NCBI GenBank assembly: GCA_964019335.1
Contig: OZ025662.1
Coordinates: 124,001-188,000 of the forward strand
Direction: 5' to 3'
Source of the DNA: Diplonema japonicum
Lineage: Eukaryota; Protista; Euglenozoa: Diplonemea
DNA: 64,000 bases
Shown here piece after piece: positions 45,359-54,968 of this stretch. Position numbers and translations under genes: made by a program. The notes under the pieces were generated by a model. The model was not told where the DNA came from. It was given only the letters and a program-made list of their open reading frames with translations, and searched no databases. The first letter of the stretch is position 1, and each line of letters opens with the position of its first letter.

Positions 45359-45639
45359 TTTCTTTGTTTGTGCGCACGAGCGGAATTTTACCTAATAAAA
45401 TAGCTCATTACGCTGCCATCAACTAGTTTTTAGTCTCGACAATAATATTGTTAAAACAAAAATGACCCCAAGTTTGGGGTCCCCTGGGAAAAAAAAATTT
45501 TTTTTTGGCCAAAAATTTCCAAAAAAGTCTGTTTTGAGGGTGCTAAATGTGTGAGGGTCCCTAGAAAAAAAAATTTTTTTTTGCCCCCCCGCCCCCCTGT
45601 GCCCCCCCACCCCCCGGGTTTTTTCCCATAACAACACTG

Positions 45640-45753
45640 CCTCCAGACCCCTGAGTCCCTTGAGTCCCTCCAGTCCCCTGAGTCCCCTCCAGACCCCTGA
45701 AAATTTCAGGGGACTCCTGTCCTGTCCCTTGGAGTCCCCTGAGTCCCTCAAGG
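45640..45753 (-). repeat. Inverted partner of the 36644 repeat block
   Basis: Direct sequence comparison. Confidence 0.8.
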
Positions 45754-46500
45754 TGTTGTTCGCTATTGACCTCCTCGTCGGTCATACCGATAGCGCCCGA
45801 GTGGAAGAACATAATGCAGATGCTCAGGGTGACAAACAGGCAGCAAACTGCACAAGCGCCGTATCTTGGTTACCTGGGACACTCTGGCTGGGGTTGAGCT
45901 GTACACCACACACATTAAAGACATGACATGGAACGCAGAAGAAGCTACAATTCGGCTGCAGTGCACACCCTGTAATCAAGTAGACAGTTCCTGTGCAGGG
46001 CGCCACCACTTTGATGTGTTGTTCACTGTTGACCTCCTTGTCAGTCATCACATAGTGCCCAAGTGGGAGAACATAATGCAGATGCTCAGGGTGATGAATT
46101 GGCAGCAAACTGCATGAGCTTACCCCGGGTTGCTCCGGCTGGGGTTAAGCTGCACACTGCACACATTAAGGACACAACGCAGAACGCAGAAGCTACAACT
46201 CGGCTGCGGTGCCCCCCTGTATCAAGTTAACAGTTCTTGTGCAGGCGCCACCAACACGACAAACAGGCATTTTCCTCCATCCACTTGGCCGGTCGTCACC
46301 TGTAGCACCCTGAGTGGAAGAACAAATTGCAGATGCTCAGGGCGAGTAAACTACTTAGGGCACCAGCTGGGGTTGAGCTGCACACTGCATACATTAAGGA
46401 CATGACGCGGAACACAGAAGCGGCCGAGGTGCACCCCCTGTCACTGGTCTCCTTTACCTCTTTCATGTTATTGGGTGGTGGGGATTACACAGAAATATGG
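45754..46500 (+). repeat. About three diverged ~250-bp units, related to 37365-37960
   Basis: Recurring GCAGATGCTCAGGG, GCTGGGGTTGAGCTG, CACATTAAGGACA, AGAAGCTACAA. Confidence 0.7.
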
Positions 46501-47029
46501 AAATATAAAGAAGTACAATGTAGGAAACGATAGCTAGGACCCCTATTGTGCCTGCAGTTGCTTGTATGCCAGGTGGTTACAGCAATCAAATCATTCTTCT
46601 TTTTTAAACCCTTAAATGTGAGTATTGGTTTGGAGTAGGGTGGGGTAAAGGGAAAACAGAAATCTCCCCTTTTGGGGAGGCAAGGAGGGGGGGTGAGTGC
46701 TCATACCACTACAAGTATTTGCCAAAAAATAGAAGTGGGTTTTTTACCTCTCTCTGTCTGTTTTTTTTTCTGTCAGGCCTGAGTGTAGTCTCTGCTACAC
46801 CACAACAGAAAGAAGTCCTAAGAAGACAGGATAAGGTGTCTTTCCAGTTTTCTCATTTTTTCCTTCTATTTAATTATTATTCACCCCCTTGCTTCATAAA
46901 CTTGCTGTTTTGTGGTGTTTCAAGCTTTCTTTTTGACTATCTGGAAGTTTTTAGTCTCTATGAACAGGCTGAAAAAAGAAATTGGTCTCTAAAATACTTT
47001 ATTTCAAAGCTCTGAACAGGAACAGCAAA

Positions 47030-47995
47030 ATGACAAGACAATGGTATCTAGTTACAGGGTGCGATAGCGGCTTTGGGGCGCTGACAGTGAAACAGCTTGC
47101 TGAGGTATGCGATTGTCCGTCATAGCAGCTAACACAGAAAGGGTATTCTGTATTTGCAGGGGTGTTGGAACCAACCACACAGTATGAGTCCTTTCAGCGT
47201 GTTGTACCATTGGTGATGGATGTCACAAGCGACCAATCTGTCGACGAAGCTTTCAAGGTAATCAAACTAAAGCTTGGAGATGGCATGCTGAAGGGTGTCG
47301 TAAACAACGCGGGCCTCATGTACGACATCGGTCCTGTGGAATGGATGCCTGTGTCGCATCTCACAAAAATGTTCAAGGTCAACGTGGAAGGAACCGCCCG
47401 TGTGACAAAGGCAGCTATGCCCTACTTGCGCGCCAGCGAGGGAAGAGTAGTGAATTTGGCCAGCATACTGGGAAGACTTACATTCCCACTACAGACATAT
47501 TACAGTGCAACCAAGCATGCTGTAGAAGCCTTTACCGATGGGTTGCGCAGAGAAGTCAAGTCTTTCGGTGTTACCGTGAGCGTTGTGGAGCCAGGTATCT
47601 ACCCTATGACAGGGCTGTATGCTACCTACTACGATGGGTTTGAACGGTGTTGGAACCATGCCACTGACGACGCTCAGAAGGCCTACGGCGAAGAGTACAA
47701 GAAGAAAATGCAGAGGGAACTCACAAAAATACCTGCGTTGCTAGGGAATACTAATGTGAATGATGTTCCCAATGCTGTGGTGCACGCGCTCACAGCTGAT
47801 AAGCCGCTTATCAGGTACAGGTGCGGCTATGACTCGAAATACACGATCCCTATTTTGTCGAGGCTCAATGATCACCTGCTTGACGGCATCCTGAGCCTTC
47901 CTCCAACGGCACAGGCTGGTACAGCCAACTACAACACCAAGTTCAGCTATCTTCTCGCTGCAGGGGCCGCCATGTACGGTCTGGCAAAGCTCTAA
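47030..47995 (+). CDS. Short-chain dehydrogenase/reductase (retinol/17-beta-HSD-like); intron 47105-47137
   Basis: Spliced N-terminus has VTGCDSGFG; also VNNAG and YSATK. Removing the 33-nt GTATG..CAG intron removes a stop. Confidence 0.9.
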
Positions 47996-48235
47996 GTAGT
48001 TCTTACACATGTTTCCCTTTACTCGTTTATTCTTCTTTCGTGCTGCCAAATTGTGGTCAAAAAAATAAAACAGAAAAAGAACAGCCTACCAAACCTGTTA
48101 TCTAACCACAAGGCAGCTCCTATCGACAAACGTCTTCTTTCTTTAAAATAGTAATTTTTTTCTAAAGGGAACAAATTATTTTCAGTGAACAATACAAAAT
48201 AAAAATATATTACAAATAGGACTAGCAACAACAGA

Positions 48236-49930
48236 ATGCCGACGGCAGCAGAAGAAGCATGGGAGCAGCTGTGCAGTGTGGTGCAAGAGAGCCTTTTGGA
48301 GGAAGATCTGGTGTTGATGAGCCTCCCGAACCTCAGGGCACTTCTGAATCATCATGGCTTCACACCCTTGACTGCCGCTAGGGCGGAAGTACAGTGGCAG
48401 GTGCTGCAATCGACACATAGCAGCGTGAAGAAAAAGGATTATGAAGAAAGTATCAAGAGCGGCAGTCCGAGAAGAGGGAGCCTAAGCACGGCAGAAAACA
48501 ACAGCGTGAGGATGCCTTCGGTTGCTGCAACACCCATCCCCCCTCAGGAGACAGAGGACCCAGAATGCCCTCCTTCAGCACAGCCCGATGAGTCACAGCC
48601 CCCTGTGCCGCCGTCTGTGCAGAAATTGAAGCAACCAAGAACAGATTCCCCAAGCAGGGCCTCTCCGAGGAGAGAGCTCGGATCCAAAGAAGGTGTCCCG
48701 GCTCTCAAATCTCTGCGCCCGTTAGACAGATCAAGCCCTGCAAGGTCTTCGTTCCAATACCCTGTCATGCATGATAGAGCCTTTGAGGTGCCGAAGGTTA
48801 TGAAGGGCCCCCACATGTCGCGGCGCACCCCTCTCTCTCCGAGGTCTGCTCTTGTGAGGGATGATGAGTCGGTTAGGACATCGTCGAGGCTCCTCTCCCC
48901 ACGGGGGCAGGCATCGGGGTCGAATCCGAACGAAGTAGGGTACAACGTCAACCCAAAGGTTTCTTCTCTGAGGCCCATGAGCTCGATGGCTGCAGCAGCC
49001 TCAGACCCAAACACTACTTCTCTTGAGAAACAAGCGCAGCCTCCTTTGGGTATAAGGATGTCGTACCACGGTATCGAGTCTCATGATGGTCCGTTGGGCA
49101 CCGGCCCTGAATCGCCTCGCAAACCTCTCGTGAAATACACCACCACTGACAGGATTGCAGCTGCCAGCAACCCTAATGACGTATCGTTCAACCAATCACC
49201 CACAAGGGCACGTGGCAAGGTGTCTGGGACTGCAGCCCCGCCCTCTTCGGCGAACCTCCATGGCGGGAACCCCAATCCGTCGATGATGTCTGCTTCAGAC
49301 ATGAACTTCTTGCCAAGAAAGGGAAAGAGTGACAAGGGGGCCACGACAGAAGAGATTGTGCCAAGTTTCGTGCCAACAACTGGGCCACCAGAACTGGGCG
49401 TTTTCCCCGGCACGCATTCGTGGGAAAACGCACCCACGGCGCAAGTACTACAGAGAAAGAGCATTAACCCAACCAACATCCCCCCTGCGGGCAGATCTGA
49501 TCCGAATGAAATCAATCAGTCGCTTTCTCTGAAGTTCATTGGGGGGAAGGCGCAGGTCAGGGGTCCTACAGAGCAAGGTGTGTCAGACAGTTTGAACGGT
49601 GTCATTAGTGTCCCTCCTCCGCCTACAAGTTGTTCTGGTGCAACGTGTGACCCGAACACGCTTACTGCAAGTCTGTTGGCACATTCGAAAGTGTCGCAAA
49701 AAGGACTGCCTGGTTCGCCAAGAAACACGTGGAGTGGGCCTGCCAATGTAGAAGGGGCTGCGTCCACAAAGACTGGCCGCAGGGTGATGTCCCCGCAAGT
49801 TCGCCAGTTGAGCGATGTCTCCCACAACTTCTACTCTGCCCGCAAGGCCGAGCATCTTGTAAAGCGTCCGTCTTCCAGAGTTAACTCCCCCCGGCGTGAC
49901 TACACCCCGCGCTACGTCCCTTCCGGATAG
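48236..49930 (+). CDS. Hypothetical Pro/Ser-rich protein (564 aa) with repeated DPN/NPN motifs
   Basis: Long ATG-initiated ORF in the gene cluster; no recognised domain. Confidence 0.7.
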   Translation: MPTAAEEAWEQLCSVVQESLLEEDLVLMSLPNLRALLNHHGFTPLTAARAEVQWQVLQSTHSSVKKKDYEESIKSGSPRRGSLSTAENNSVRMPSVAATPIPPQETEDPECPPSAQPDESQPPVPPSVQKLKQPRTDSPSRASPRRELGSKEGVPALKSLRPLDRSSPARSSFQYPVMHDRAFEVPKVMKGPHMSRRTPLSPRSALVRDDESVRTSSRLLSPRGQASGSNPNEVGYNVNPKVSSLRPMSSMAAAASDPNTTSLEKQAQPPLGIRMSYHGIESHDGPLGTGPESPRKPLVKYTTTDRIAAASNPNDVSFNQSPTRARGKVSGTAAPPSSANLHGGNPNPSMMSASDMNFLPRKGKSDKGATTEEIVPSFVPTTGPPELGVFPGTHSWENAPTAQVLQRKSINPTNIPPAGRSDPNEINQSLSLKFIGGKAQVRGPTEQGVSDSLNGVISVPPPPTSCSGATCDPNTLTASLLAHSKVSQKGLPGSPRNTWSGPANVEGAASTKTGRRVMSPQVRQLSDVSHNFYSARKAEHLVKRPSSRVNSPRRDYTPRYVPSG

Positions 49931-50286
49931 CCTGAGAATCCTTTCGTTGTTTTGTAAAGTTTGTATGTAGCCACTTCATCTATATCCGGAGGACCTCAAC
50001 AAAAGAACTTGTAACGGAATCTGTAAGCTCCCCGTCCTGTTGTCCCTGTCCCTTCCATTGTTAAGTCCCTCTCAGATGCCACTTGTATTGATGCACTTGA
50101 AGTTTCTTTGGAGCCCACTACTGCACCCGCTGTACATCAGCATCGGTTCAATTCGGGGTACCCATTGTAGATTCATGCACCTTTAGTGTTGCATGCATGC
50201 TGTTTCATGTCTTCCCATCTGAGTCACCTGTCCCTTTGTTTTCATTTTGATTGATTTACCTTACAACTCTCACTACCCACAGACAA

Positions 50287-52533
50287 ATGAGGCAAGAGCT
50301 CAACACAAGCTGCGGCAGGTTCGAGCTCGAAGGGAACGGCCATAAGTTGACATGGTGCACACATCTACCCTGCAGAGGGGAAGACACCGATGAATTAGTG
50401 AGACCTGCAAAATGTTGGGATATACATAAGCTAGCCCCAAGCCGTGAGGGGTGCTTGGAGTTGGATAGGATGGGGCGGAGGTGCGTCGTGGGGAAAGGTA
50501 GATGGGACATCACCTCCCATCATCTAGCAGAACTCTCACGGCGTGCTGCCACTCGAATTATTCGAGACCGAACACAAATGACAGCAAAAGTACAGACAAA
50601 GACGGACAGAGGCAATGGCTTGTCCCGCAAGCAGTGGATGTGGCACGCCGTCGTTGCTTTAGTTACTGTGCAAAGCCGCCTCTGTTCTGAACAGGTCAAA
50701 CATGCATCCATAAGGAAATTAAGAAAACTCCTATATCCACTGGTGCTCTTATTCATACAAAGACGATCAAAAGAGTACAAAAGCTACAGAACTGCCAACA
50801 TATCTGACATCAGGAAGTACTGCTTCGCAACATGGACGAACGCTTGTTTAGTTACGCACATCATACCACACCTGCAGCAGCACGTCTTTCGAAAAGGTGA
50901 ATATCTCTTCAGAGAAGGCGACCCACAGGTGTTTTTGTATTTAGTGAGTACTGGAGTAGTGGCAACATCATTCACGAAGAAGAAAGACGGTTGTATCGTG
51001 CCGTGTCAGCGCATCGAGCAGTATGGCAGCGTGGGGGACCCGATGATGAGAGATCACGAAGCAAGTCTTTTCAGTGCTGTAGCAATGGAGGATACATGCG
51101 TGTACAGGCTGCGCCTCGATCACTTAAAAAGCGTGTGGGTTTTGCTTTCTAAAGCTGCAAAGCAAGAAATAGAAGAAGTCTCGAGATACTCACGGCTTTT
51201 TAGAATGAGAGAAGAAGGCATCGGTGACAAGACCCTAGCACAGCTGGCACTCTTTGCCCCTATCTTTCAAGGGACCCCCCTCCAGCAAGATAAGCTGAAT
51301 GTTATCAATGCTAGACAACTCCTCAATGACAGCATCCTGCGCGAACTTGCCAGCACAGCGCAGCCGTGCTTACTCGGTGAAGGGACATTACTGCTCGCAA
51401 AAGGTGCGAAGCCAACTGAAGCATTCTTTTTATCGGAGGGAAAAGTCACCAGAAGACTCAAGGTAAAGAAAGAGTGTGTGATGCCGCAACATATTGTAGA
51501 AGTAGCCACTAACCTGCATAATGCGGCGTCGCAAGGCGTGCTGCGGAGGTGCATCAGGAAGTTTTCCCCAAGTAGTAACAAGAAGGAGCTACAGTTGGTG
51601 AAACTCGATAAATGGCTGCAATTCTGTTCGAATGCATACCAAGACAAGATCTTCAAGCTGCTGCTTAGGTACATCAACGAAGAATGCGCAGCGTTGCAGG
51701 AGAGCGACGACGAAGATGGTACTGCTGCTTACGAGACCTCTGTGTCGGCTATACGCCATCCGTCTTGTGACTACACCGTAAGGCTTCTCTTAAACCCTGA
51801 CATGTCCAATGGAGAGTGTCATGACAGGGAAACTCTCAAGAAGCCAGTACAAGCGGAGCTGCTCGAGGCCGATTACACACCCAGTTCATCGTACGAAGAG
51901 GTAGCAAGTTGCATGGAGGGGCCTTGCTGGGTGGCTGACGACCCTCAGCTGTTCCTCGTCGAAGGCTCGACCTACCAAAGTGACATCGTGACAGCATGTT
52001 TGTGTAACGTGTGGAAGCTCAGTATAGAAAATGTGCAAGCAGTGCTGCGAACCAACCCTGTTGTGCTGTGTGGCATACGAGCCATGGTGACAGTTCGCAA
52101 CGATGCTCTTCACACAGATGTTGCGAAATACGTACATGAGCTTGTGCAGTTAGGTTATCATGCTGTTTCTGGCCCCTTGCAAGGGAAGGCTGCACTGAGA
52201 CCTAAAAAGCGGATGCAACCCCACGGCAAGTGTGTCACAAGGTCCCTTCCGGTGACCTTCGAGCCAGGCGATCACGTGCAGACACCTATCAATGTAACAG
52301 GTGTGATCCTTCAGATTGACGCAAAAGGCACATGTTTTGTGAATTTGGATGTCGGATCTTGTGTGGGACGGTGGGGAGCAAAGCGCCTCAGGAAGATACC
52401 TATCCCCAGACGATTGCCCACAAAAAAGCCTGCTTCCAACCTGAATAACTTGCAGCGAAGCTCAGAAGGCGTGAGGATGGGTTACGTGGTGTGGCGGCAC
52501 TCGCGTAAGGCGGGGGAACATTTACACGAGTAG
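50287..52533 (+). CDS. Cyclic-nucleotide-binding domain protein
   Basis: FRKGEYLFREGDP..LYLVSTG, SAVAMEDTCVYRL, and a second degenerate repeat LLAKG..AFFLSEGKV. Confidence 0.75.
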   Translation: MRQELNTSCGRFELEGNGHKLTWCTHLPCRGEDTDELVRPAKCWDIHKLAPSREGCLELDRMGRRCVVGKGRWDITSHHLAELSRRAATRIIRDRTQMTAKVQTKTDRGNGLSRKQWMWHAVVALVTVQSRLCSEQVKHASIRKLRKLLYPLVLLFIQRRSKEYKSYRTANISDIRKYCFATWTNACLVTHIIPHLQQHVFRKGEYLFREGDPQVFLYLVSTGVVATSFTKKKDGCIVPCQRIEQYGSVGDPMMRDHEASLFSAVAMEDTCVYRLRLDHLKSVWVLLSKAAKQEIEEVSRYSRLFRMREEGIGDKTLAQLALFAPIFQGTPLQQDKLNVINARQLLNDSILRELASTAQPCLLGEGTLLLAKGAKPTEAFFLSEGKVTRRLKVKKECVMPQHIVEVATNLHNAASQGVLRRCIRKFSPSSNKKELQLVKLDKWLQFCSNAYQDKIFKLLLRYINEECAALQESDDEDGTAAYETSVSAIRHPSCDYTVRLLLNPDMSNGECHDRETLKKPVQAELLEADYTPSSSYEEVASCMEGPCWVADDPQLFLVEGSTYQSDIVTACLCNVWKLSIENVQAVLRTNPVVLCGIRAMVTVRNDALHTDVAKYVHELVQLGYHAVSGPLQGKAALRPKKRMQPHGKCVTRSLPVTFEPGDHVQTPINVTGVILQIDAKGTCFVNLDVGSCVGRWGAKRLRKIPIPRRLPTKKPASNLNNLQRSSEGVRMGYVVWRHSRKAGEHLHE

Positions 52534-52592
52534 TATTAGCTGTTGCGTTGCTACGGAACTCATCACAGGACACATTTACACAAAAACCAAAT

Positions 52593-52793
52593 ATGCCGTG
52601 CGACCCTTTTGGCATGAACCCTGGTGGCCCCATCGGGTTCAACGACTTGCTGATGAACACACTTTGGAAGGGAGACCCCCCGTGCGCCTCTGCGGCAGGG
52701 AGCTACTGGGACGTCTACGACAGGACAGAGGGCAAGACAGGGTTCAACGATGCCATTTCGAAAGGAAGCACTAAACCTGCAAAGTTGCACTAA
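52593..52793 (+). CDS. Small hypothetical protein (66 aa)
   Basis: ATG after an A/C-rich leader, G/C-ending codons, fills the gap between two genes. Confidence 0.5.
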   Translation: MPCDPFGMNPGGPIGFNDLLMNTLWKGDPPCASAAGSYWDVYDRTEGKTGFNDAISKGSTKPAKLH

Positions 52794-52908
52794 GCAAGAG
52801 GTGAAGATAGTCCCCTTTGCTTTACACTATGAAAGAAAATAAAATAAAAAAAGAATTACTGTATCTTATTCTGACACCTCACTGCATAACAGGACTGCTA
52901 CATACATA

Positions 52909-54259
52909 ATGACACACGAGGAGGAAATGAAGGAGGACGGGGAGACACTCACCAGCGTGCCTATGGAGAGTGTGAAGGAACCCGTACCGCCTTTGTACAC
53001 TAGGCTGAGGTTTGCGATGTACTTGTTGATATCGTTCATCTTATGTCTCGTGGTGAAGGATGGGTTGTGGGGTGCCTTTGAGTGGAGCAGTGCCATCAAA
53101 GGTGGTTGCAGCAACACCGTACAAGTGTCTCCGTCGCCGACCTCCCTGTCTTCTGCCACGGAAGGTCTCACAGGGTACGCGAAGGGCAAGGTGAAGGACG
53201 CTATCTCTGAAACAGTGGTGTCCAAGATGTGCACAGGGCATGAGATGGTTTTCAGGTTCAGCTTCACTTGTGCCATCTTCTACTTGCTGCATGCCATGGT
53301 CCAGATCAAGGAGTGTTGCTGTGTTGATGAGGCACAGAAGAATGACTTCCAAGCAGGCTATTTCGGCATCAAAACTATCATCTTCGTGGTGCTGGTGATC
53401 ATCACCATGTTCATCCCGAATGACTTCTTTCACTTCTACGCACAGCTCTGCGTAGGGGGGAGCGCCATCTTCCTTGTTTTGCAGGTTATCCTGCTCATCG
53501 ACTTTATCTACGGGTGGAATGACTCGTGGGCACGCAAGTCGGAGGACGAGCCGAGGTGGGCAACATACCTCGTGTCGCTGACGATCCTGTTCTACCTTGC
53601 AGGGACAGCCGTCATCGTTGTCATGTTCGTAGAGTTCCTGAAAGACGACTCATGCTTCAGGAACTGGGTGTTCATCACCGCATGTCTTGTGATGGGTATC
53701 CTGTACACAATGCTGTCTGTGCGCATGCCGCATGGGTCCATCTTTGTGTCATCCATAGTGTACTTGTACACTTCAATCATCTGCTTTTCTGCCATCCGTA
53801 ACGGTGATTCATCCTCGTGCAACGGCTTCCCCATGGACAACAGTGGAGGCATCACATGGACATTGGTCGCTACGTCGTGCTTTGTGGGCATCTCGGTAGC
53901 GTGGGCATCTGTCTCCGCGGGATCGCAGAGGCAGGCCATGTCGCTGACGGCAGACGCTGACTACGAGAGCGAAGACTCCAAACAGTCAAAGAACTACCTG
54001 TTCTTCCACTGCGTGATGGTGCTGGGTTCCATGTACATGGCTATGATCCTCACGAACTGGAAGATCAACCCCAACGAGGAGGTATGTCTTTGTTTCTTTA
54101 ACATGATGCACCACGCAGTTGAACGGCCCTGCAATTGCACACGGGGAGGCCATGATGTGGGTGCAGATCTCTTCGGAGTGGCTGGCGACCATCGCATTCA
54201 TCTGGTCGTTGCTGGCACCTGTTTTCTGCTGCAAGGATAGAGACTTCGACCTTGTTTAA
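52909..54259 (+). CDS. Serine incorporator (Serinc/TMS1) family membrane protein; intron 54082-54118
   Basis: LQVILLIDF..WN, NYLFFH, SMYMAMILTNW. Splicing restores MWVQISSEW..WSLLAP..RDF. Confidence 0.9.
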
Positions 54260-54968
54260 GTAGAGCGCCATAATGCCCCTTTCCCTTTTAGCCCCGTCTT
54301 TTTTTTTATTTTCTTTTTTTCTTCTTTTTTGCTTTCATGACCCTTCGCAAACGGGTTACTTATAAAGAGCCGTTTGTTGACACTCCTGTTTCGTAGCTTC
54401 CTCACCCCGCTTGTCTTTGGACTAGCGAATCCCGCTAATTCCACAACTGACTTTTAAGCTACCTTGGTTCTCCCCTCCCCAAAAGAAAACAAGACATGCT
54501 GAGAAAGAAATGTGAGTAATTAAACTAAAAAAAAGCGAAAAAAAAAAGAAGAAGAAAAACTGTAGAAAGAACAAAAGGAGAATTAAAGAAATAAATGGGA
54601 GCAATGTGGTATGCAGACTTCTAAGGACATTCTACACTGTTGTGTGTTGTCCTTTCTTGTCGTTTGTGATGAATAGCTTCGCTTGCCAACCTTGGTCATG
54701 AGCGCCAAGGATGTTCAACAGCCTTAGGAAGGGAACTCAAAAAGGCTTTCCAACACTTTATTGTTTCATAAAAATGAGAAGAAAAAAAAAGAGAATGAAC
54801 AAAGAGATCCCCGTCTCCTTCCACTTCCCCCGTCCACACATTATTTTTTCTCTCTTTTCTTCTTTTTTTTTTTCCATACCCCCCTCATTTCTTTTTCATT
54901 TTTTATTCCCTACCCGTGCCTTTGTGACACCCCAGAGCCCATCCTGTAAACCAACCTTACAACAGGGT

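Larger units (their letters stand above)
41746..45462 (-). mobile_element. Tyrosine-recombinase retrotransposon (VIPER/TATE/Ngaro-like), degenerate, with split direct repeats
   Basis: Order gag-like, YR, RT, RNase H. 100-bp direct repeat at 41767-41866 and 45363-45462; short repeat at 41746-41781 and about 41863-41898. Confidence 0.8.

Noticed and set aside
54711-54968. N-terminal extension of the WD40 ORF
   Set aside because: Low-complexity polypyrimidine intergenic sequence; ATG 54969 is the more plausible start.
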